From contig CATNEN010000013.1 of NCBI GenBank assembly GCA_950097015.1, positions 124,001 to 188,000 of the forward strand: a stretch of DNA of 64,000 bases. Reading direction: 5' to 3'. A program made the translations under genes and the position numbers. This DNA comes from Macrostomum hystrix (taxonomy: Eukaryota; Animalia; Platyhelminthes). The notes beneath the pieces were generated by a model, which was not told the origin of the DNA, ran no database searches, and worked only from the letters and a program-made list of their open reading frames with translations. Each line of letters begins with the position of its first letter. Position 1 is the first letter of the stretch. Shown here piece by piece: positions 11,500 through 20,400 of this stretch.

Positions 11500-12242
11500 A
11501 CTGGTGTCTCACACTGAAGATCTGGGAGATTGGTGTCTCACCCTGAAGATCTGGGAGATTGGTGTCTCACCCTGAAGATCTGGGAGATTGGTGTCTCACC
11601 CTGAAGATCTGGGAGATTGGTGTCTCACCCTGAAGATCTGGGAGATTGGTGTCTCACCCTGACTTTATGGGAGATTGGTGTCTCACCCTGAAGATCTGGG
11701 AGATTGGTGTCTCACTCTGAAGATCTGGGAGATTGGTGTCTCACTCTGAAGATCTGGGAGATTGGTGTCTCACCCTGAAGATCTGGGAGATAGGTGTCTC
11801 ACACTGAAGATCTGGGAGATTGGTGTCTCACTCTGAAGATCTGGGAGATTGGTGTCTCACTCTGAAGATCTGGGAGATTGGTGTCTCACCCTGAAGATCT
11901 GGGAGATTGGTGTCTCACTCTGAAGATCTGGGAGATTGGTGTCTCACCCTGAAGACCTGGGAGATTGGTGTCTCACTCTGAAGATCTGGCAGATTGGTGT
12001 CTCACCCTGAAGATCTGGAAGATTGGTGTCTCACCCTGAAGACCTGGGAGATTGGTGTCTCACCCTGAAGATCTGGAAGATTGGTGTCTCACTCTGAAGA
12101 TCTGGGAGATTGGTGTCTCACCCTGAAGACCTGGGAGATTGGTGTCTCACCCTGAAGATCTGGGAGATAGGTGTCTCACCCTGACTTTATGGGAGATTGG
12201 TGTCTCACCCTGAAGATCTGGGAGATAGGTGTCTCACCCTGA
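11500..12242. repeat. 29-bp minisatellite, GAAGATC variant
   Basis: GGTGTCTCACCCTGAAGATCTGGGAGATT at a 29-nt period (11521, 11550). Confidence 0.95.
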
Positions 12243-12419
12243 GATTGTTTTAATTGTGAGAAAATACACACAAAACAGACACTTTTTCGATTTTTTTTCC
12301 TCAAAAACGTGTCTAAAGGCATGGATATTCAAACGGCAAATTTTTCCAGCATAGATTTTATAACTATATTTTTAGACCGCCATTTCACAAGGAGCACTTA
12401 CCAGGCTAATGTCTCATCC

Positions 12420-13030
12420 TGGGAGACTGGTGTCTCACCCTGAGATCTGGGAGATTGGTGTCTCACTCTGAAGATCTGGGAGATTGGATCTCACCCTGAG
12501 ATCTGGGAGATTGGTGTCTCACACTGAAGATCTGGGAGATTGGTGTCTCACCCTGACTTTATGGGAGATTGGTGCCTCACCCTGACTTTATTGGAGATTG
12601 GTGTCACACACTGACTTTATGGGAGATTGGTGCCTCACCCTGACTTTATGGGAGATTGGTGCCTCACCCTGACTTTATGGGAGATTGGTGTCTCACCCTG
12701 ACTTTATGGGAGATTGGTGTCTCACCCAGACTTTATGGGAGATTGGTGCCTCACCCTGACTTTATGGGAGATTGGTGTCTCACCCTGACTTTATGGGAGA
12801 TTGGTGTCTCACCCTGACTTTATGGGAGATTGGTGTCTCACCCAGACTTTATGGGAGATTGGTGCCTCACCCTGACTTTATGGGAGATTGGTGTCTCACC
12901 CTGACTTTATGGGAGATTGGTGTCTCACCCTGACTTTATGGGAGATTGGTGTCTCACCCAGACTTGATTGGAGATTGGTGTCTCACCCCGACTTTATGGG
13001 AGATTGGTGCCTCACCCTGACTTTATGGGA
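12420..13030. repeat. 29-bp minisatellite, GACTTTA variant
   Basis: GGTG(T/C)CTCACCCTGACTTTATGGGAGATT units, preceded by a second copy of the ~185-bp leader found at 11322-11505. Confidence 0.95.
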
Positions 13031-13769
13031 GATTGGTGCCTCAGCCTGAACATCTGGTAATATTTTTTAACATAATTCATTCTTAATTATCATGAAAATT
13101 TCATTAACAATCAGGAAAGACAGTCATAAGTATTCGGTGGTGGGTGTCACTATAGAAGCGAGAGCATGTATTTATTGAGCGATCATTGAATAGTCGAATG
13201 ACTGCTCTATTTGTCTAAATCAAGCACCCGTGTACTCGTGGGTCTCTCTAGTGGAAGAGAACCGATTGGAGGAGCAAAAGATTTGTAGAAAAATAGACAG
13301 ACAGCCGACAAGTTCAGAAGAAAAGTCTAACAATATTCAACGATCTATAGATGTCTAACAGTAAAACGAAGTCAGTATAGAAATCACACACTGTATAAAT
13401 ATATATAGATTGAAATTCTTTGCAATATACGCTACTGATAGTAGCTACTTACATATATTAAAAAATAAGCGAGCAAATTTGTATTAAAGCATTAAAGAAG
13501 CCACATTAAAAATCCTATTATTTGTTTTATATGTTTTATTGTTAGGACAAAAATTGCAATAAAACATTTTGCAAAGGAATGTGAGAACAGTGAGCAGAAC
13601 TATTTATTCGAGTTTTGGCGACAAATTAGTAACTGACAAATTATGTACAGTTAGTTCATTGTAATGCATTAAAATAAACGTTTTGTTTGGCAAAAGTTAC
13701 CTTCTACTTCAGCTGATTCGGAAAGAGTCTTAATATCTGTTGTAGTTTTCTTTTTAAAGAATCTGGTGG

Positions 13770-14130
13770 GATTTGATCCAGAGCGAGTGTAATTGGGGGT
13801 GAGTCACATGGGGTTGGATCCAGAGCGAGTGTACATTGGGGTGAGTCACATGGGGTTGGATCCAGAGCGAGTGTAATTGGGGGTGAGTCACATGGGGTTG
13901 GATCCAGAGCGAGTGTACATTGGGGTGAGTCACTCTGGGTTGGATCCAGAGCGAGTGTACATTGGGGTGAGTCACTCTGGGTTGGATCCAGAGCGAGTGT
14001 ACATTGGGGTGAGTCACTCTGGGTTGGATCCAGAGCGAGTGTACATTGGGGTGAGAGGTTTGGGATTTGAGCCAGAGCAGGTGTACATTGTTGGTAAGTC
14101 TGGTAGAGTTCAATTAAGAGCGAGTGTACA
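13770..14130. repeat. 42-bp minisatellite (~8 units)
   Basis: GGGTTGGATCCAGAGCGAGTGTACATTGGGGTGAGTCACTCT; gives a 14-aa periodicity in the ORF track. Confidence 0.95.
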
Positions 14131-14489
14131 TTTTTGGTTGTACGGGAGTGCGCGTAAACTGACAGGTTGTGTATTATGGATTATAAAAATCATTGATTTG
14201 GTATTTAAGCTACTGTATATAAAACGAATATATTAAAGTTGTTTAAGGAAATTCGAAGAGTAATTTAGATACAAAATATCACAATATAAAACTATTTATG
14301 CAAAGTAACAGGTAGCAAATAGCGAGATCAGTGTAAGAGGTGCAAAATAAATGATAGACAGCTGAGCTAACCACAAATGAAGCAAAATTATCTTTGTCTA
14401 TTTGTTGTTTAGCTAAAAACTTAGCGCAACGAAATCTCAATATGAATTCGCCACACTTCTAAACAGTTAAACCAGAGTTCAAAGTTTTG

Positions 14490-17400
14490 CTAGACTATGT
14501 AGCTGGTTGATGTCGATGGGCTCACAGTGGGACCTGGGAGGTGTTTTAAATTTGATTTTAGACCAATAAAGCCTGAATTTAGATTATGAAAGCCTGAATC
14601 TAGATAATGAAGGCCTGAATCCAGATTATGAAAGCCTGAAATATGGATTATGAAAGCCTGAATCTAGATTATGAAAGCCTGAATCCAGATTATGAAAGCC
14701 TGAATCTAGATTATGAAAGCCTGAATCTAGATTATGAAAGCCTGAATCCAGATTATGAAAGCCTGAATCTAGATTATGAAAGCCTGAATCTAGATTATGA
14801 AAGCCTGAATCCAGATTATGAAAGCCTAAATCTAGATTATGAAAGCCTGAATCTAGATTATGAAAGCCTGAATCCAGATTATGAAAGCCTGAATCTAGAC
14901 TATGAAAGCCTGAATCTAGATTATGAAAGCCTGAATCTAGATTATGAAAGCGTGAATCTAGATTATGAAAGCCTGAATCTAGATTGTGAAGGCCTGACGA
15001 TGATTGATGAAAGCATTTGAATAAGCGGCAAACTTGTTTCACTCACTCAAGCCGTTGTAGCCGGAGCCGGGGGCAGATCGTTTCCGATTGGCTGCCAGAG
15101 ATCCAGTTGATGATGACACGGCGGCCATCATTGACTCGCCGTTGGCGCTACTGCCGCTGACACTGCCGGAGATAAACTGCACTGGCGGCAGGGTGTTAGG
15201 CGAGGATTGTCGCGGCTGCTGGAAATAAACATGCTGCTGTTGCTGCTGCTGCTGTTGTCGATGACGATTCTGAGACGGCGGCGGGCGCCATTCGGCTTCT
15301 AAATCGGCATGAAATTTCGACAAGGAGGGAGCAACCGGGCCGAACAAGATAAAGCAGCAGTTGGCGCAGCCGCTGCCGTGATCGAACGGGTTGATCAGGT
15401 CCGGGTTGCGCTGCGTATTGTACAGGTCCTTGATCTGATCCGGGAAGGGGGTGGCTACGTTAGGTTGCTAATGGCAAGTGATTAAACTATTTTACACCTA
15501 GTATAACCTACATGAAAACTCAGACTCAAACTCAGATTCTAACAGAATCCAGACATTTTAATTAGACTTTTTCTACCTGAGAATGTTAATTAATTGTACC
15601 TGAGAATGTTACTTAATTGTACCTGAGAATGTTACTTAATTGTACCTGAGAATGTTACTTAATTGTACCTGAGAATTTTACTTAATTGTACCTGAGAATG
15701 TTACTTAATTGTACCTGAGAATGTTACTTAATTGTACCTGAGAATGTTACTTAATTGTACCTGAGAATGTTACTTAATTGTACCTGAGAATGTTACTTAA
15801 TTGTACCTGAGAATGTTACTTAATTGTACCTGAGAATGTTACTTAATTGTACCTGAGAATGTTACTTAATTGTACCTGAGAATGTTACTTAATTGTACCT
15901 GAGAATGTTACTTAATTGTACCTGAGAATGTTACTTTATTGTACCTAAGAACGGTACTTAATTCTACTGAGAATGGTAACTCAATTGTACCTGAGAATGT
16001 GATCTAATTCTACCTGAGAATCCAAAGAATGTGATTAAATTCTACCAGAGAATCCAAAGAATGTGATCTAATTCTACCAGAGAATCCAAAGAATGTGGTC
16101 CAATTCTGTGTAAAGTAGCGAACTCACATCCTCATTGGTTGACGTCTCGCGGCAGATCAGCATGGTGTGAAAGCCGCCCAGTCCAATCACGGAGAATATA
16201 GAGAAAAATGCCACAATAATGACGGGCAGAGTGCAATGAGAATGATTGGCGAGGGGCCTAGGCCGAGTCAAGGAAACATTTTGTGCGGAATAGCCCGGTA
16301 AATTTAAACAAAGTTAAAAATTATAAACAAAAAAAACCTTTTTAGAAAAAAGGATATCTGGTAGGCGACTCTCGAAGCACTTGGACGAAGTCGCCGCTCC
16401 TTTGAGAATTCACTGAAATTGTGGGGTTTCAGTGCTAATCACCAGCAAGAAGACAGGGTCTGTGGGATAATCTGTAGCCACTGGAAGTCTACTAAATTGG
16501 AGTAATAATAATAATACTTGAAGGAGGGCTGCTGGCAATGGCACATCATTTATTGACACTTGACCCGCAGCCAGTGAGGAGGCAATTCTGCCCATTTCGC
16601 TGACTCCTGAGCACACACGCACACAAACACTGTACGCAGGCAAACGCTCACACAGGTGTGTACATCGATCTGCCCTGACTTTCTCATCGTCAGGCAGTGT
16701 ACACTCTCACTGTGCCTTGGAGGTTGGCCCTCAAGGGCGTAAATTGCACGACAAGCCCAAGCCTTCTCTCCGCGGCTGCGCCCTAAATAAATGTGGCCTC
16801 GCCGCGGAATCGAACTTAGGGACCTTGGCGAGAGAGGTAAATAAACGCGTTAACCGCTCTGCCACCGAACCACTGAATTTGTGAAATTTTTAATGAGTTA
16901 AAAATGACTCACAAATAACCAGATTCAGGCAGCCGAACACCATGATGTAGACGCAATAGACAGACAGGCTAACTAGGAACAGGTAGAAATATCTGTAGTT
17001 TCTCTTTCCAACACAGTTGCCAACCCACGGGCAGTGATGATCGAATCTGTCCACGCAGTTGTCGCATGTTGAGCAGTGACTGGCCCTGGGCGGCCGCCAC
17101 AATTTGCAGGTCTGACAGAATTTCAGTTTGAACAGTCGGCCGTTAATGCGAATGTCGCGCAGAGTCTCGTAGTTGGGCACCGTGCTGTGCGAGGCTGCGG
17201 GCAGTGGACTGTCTGGGATAATTAAGGGAATCCTGGGGATTGGGGAGGGATGGGATAATCAAGGGAATACTGGGGATTGGGGAGGGATGGGATAATTAAG
17301 GGAATCCTGGGGATTAGGGAGGGATGGGATAATTAAGTCAATCCTGGGGATTGGGGAGGGATAGGATAATTAAGACGATCCTGGGGATTGGGGAGGGATG

Positions 17401-20400
17401 GGATAATTAAGACAATCCTGGGGATTGGGGAGGGATGGGATAATTAAGACAATCCTGGGGATTGGGAAGGGATGGGATAATTAAGGGAATCCTGGGGATT
17501 GGGCGGGATAGGATAATTAAGGGAATCCTGGGGATTGGGAAGGGACGGGATAATTAAGGGAATCTTGGGGATTGGGGAGTGATGGGATATTTAAGGGAAT
17601 CCTGGGGATCGGGATGGGATGGGATGGGATGAGAAATGGAATACTGGGTGTTATGTAGTGACTTGCAGCCAGCGCGTATACGCTGAGTACACCGCGCTGG
17701 CAGCTGTCTGTTAACTGGCTGAATATCATTTCATTGTGCGGTGCAGCCATGTGCAGCCAGCGCGCGTACGCTGAGTACACCGCGCTGGCAGCCGTTTGGT
17801 TAACTGGCTGACTTTCAAATCATTGTTCGCTCTATTTTATCACCCCCTAATCCTTACACCCAACGTGCCGTCGCATAAAATATATATCGCTGTTCTCAGG
17901 AGCGTGGAGCTCTGACTGTTTACGTTTCGTTCTAAATACCACCAGTCTAGAGTTATTTCAGTGGCGACGAGACTTGGGCCCAGCCATGCCGGCCCACGGA
18001 ATCGGAGAATTTGAAGACTCCGTCGAAACCTGGGATGAATACCAGGAGCGCCTGGAGCAGCATTTTCTCGCCCAGGACATCACTGACGAGGGCAAGAAGA
18101 GAGCAACCCTGCTGAGTGTCTGTGGAAGGAAGACGTTTCAATTGGCTAGAAGCCTGTGCTCTCCAGCCAAAGTTGCTGGCAAATCGTACGACGACATCTG
18201 TTCGCTGCTGAGCGGTCATTTCAACCCGAGACCAAGTGAGATCGTCCAAAGGTTCCACTTTAACAACCGAGCCCAGCGTGCTGGAGAGACTGTGGCAGAG
18301 TTTCTGGCAGAGCTGCGGAAGCTGGCCGAGTTCTGCAACTTTGGCAACAGCTTGTCGGACATGCTGCGGGACAGACTGGTGTGCGGCATCGCGGATCAGC
18401 AAATCCAACGCCGGCTGCTGATGGAGCCGACCCTCACCCTCGACACAGCAAAGGAGATCGCTCGGGCGGGCGAATCGGCAGCCATCAACTGCCGGTCGCT
18501 GGGATCAGCGAACTCGGCAGCACCGACGCCATCGACGGAAAGCGACGCTGTGCTACGGATGGAGCGGCAGCGACCAGAGGAAGACAGCAGACAGCTGGGA
18601 GCCGAAAGTCGTCGGCGCTGCTTTCGCTGTCTCTCAACCCGTCACCTGGCCAGCAAGTGCCCCTTCGTGGACAAGCGCTGCTTTAAGTGCAGCAAGACCG
18701 GACACACAGCGAAGGCCTGTAAGACAGATGCACTGCGGCAGCAGCAGACACACCAGCTGGTGGAGCAGGTGACCACGAGCGCGAGTCCAGATGAGGTGTC
18801 GTATCCGTTTTATCATCTGGGGGCGGATCGGCCGCAGTCAAGTTTTCCACCGATCAGGACATCGGTTTTTATCGAAGGGCGGCAGCACGAGATGGAGGTA
18901 GACACAGGTGCATCTGTATCGCTGATGTCTGAGCGCACATTCAAGGCGAACCTGGACGGACTGGTTACACTGTCCCGGTCAACGATTCAACTCAGCACCT
19001 ACACCGGTCAGACCGTGCGCGTGCTCGGCCAGCTGTCCGTCCGCGTGCGAGTGTCCGCCGACTCTGATGAAGCGCAACTGCGGCTTCTCGTTGTCGCCGG
19101 CGACGGTCCGAGCCTCCTCGGTCGGGATTGGCTGGCTCAGCTGCGCCTGGACTGGCAGTCGGTCAAGCGCATCGGTGACCCTGCTGAGAAGCTCATCAAG
19201 GAGTTCTCAGATGTCTTCCAAGGCCTGGGAGAGTTCAACGGCAAGCCAGTGTCTATCAGTCTCAAGGAGACCGCCAGACCGAAGTTCTTCAAGGCGCGAC
19301 CTGTTCCTTTCGCGCTGCGTGAAAAAGTCGAACAGCAGCTGCAGAAGGAAATCGACCAAGGAGTGCTGATGCCGGTCAAGAACTCCGACTGGGCGTCACC
19401 GATCGTGCCAGTGATGAAATCGGACGGCAGCGTCCGCGTCTGTGCAGATTTCAAGCAGGGAGTCAACACAGCGATTCGGCCGGAGGCGTACCCCCTGCCA
19501 AACATCGACGAACTGTTCGCCCGGCTGACTGGCGGGCAAAAGTTCTCTAAGCTGGACCTGACCAACGCATTTATGCAGCTTCCGCTGGACGAGGAAGCCC
19601 AAGAGGTCTGTACAATCAACACTTCCGTCGGACTCCTGCGCTACACCCGACTGCCTTTTGGGGTGTCGATTGCCCCAAGCGTCTTCCAACGAGTGATGGA
19701 CAACCTGCTGCGTGGAATTCCGCACACAGCATCCTTCATCGATGATGTCATCATCACGGGAGAGGACGACGCGAGCCATCTGCACAATCTCAGAGAGGTC
19801 CTGAGGGTCTTCAAGGAATCCGGCCTGACCTGCAAGCTCGAGAAGTGCAGATTCTTCCAGGACGAGGTCACGTACCTGGGTCACCGCATCGACGCAGAGG
19901 GACTGCACCCACTCGACGACAAAGTCCAAGCCGTGCTAGATGCACCAGCACCGACGAACACGACTCAGCTCAGGAGCTTCTTGGGCCTCATAAACTATTA
20001 CGGGAAGTTCCTGCCGAATCTCTCCAGCGTGCTGGCACCGCTACACCGGCTGCTGGAGAAAAACTCGAAGTGGCGGTGGGACCGCGGTGAGGCCAAAGCG
20101 TTTGCCGCAGCAAAGCAGCTACTCACGCATCCAAGTGTCCTGGTGCACTACAATGCGGCAGAGGACCTCTACCTGGAGTGCGACGCCTCGCAGTACGGCC
20201 TGGGCGCTGTCATCTTCCATCGTCAGAACGGCATGGACAAACCGATCGCGTACGCTTCGCGCAGTCTCAGTGCCGCTGAGAAGAACTACTGTCAGCTGGA
20301 GAAGGAGGCACTCGCGCTGGTCTTTGGCGTCAGAAAATTCCACCAGTATCTGTTTGGCCGAGAGTTCAACCTGCTGACGGACCATCGGCCGCTGTTAGGC

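Noticed and set aside
11500-13030. CRISPR-like look of 29-bp repeats (also the 28-, 30-, 33- and 37-bp arrays)
   Set aside because: Units are head-to-tail without unique spacers, there are no cas genes, and the context is eukaryotic.
151-15042. Repeat-peptide ORFs (151-432, 2770-3089, 4383-5250, 8979-9647, 13754-14236, 14626-15042)
   Set aside because: They are translations of tandem arrays, often open in several frames and strands at once.
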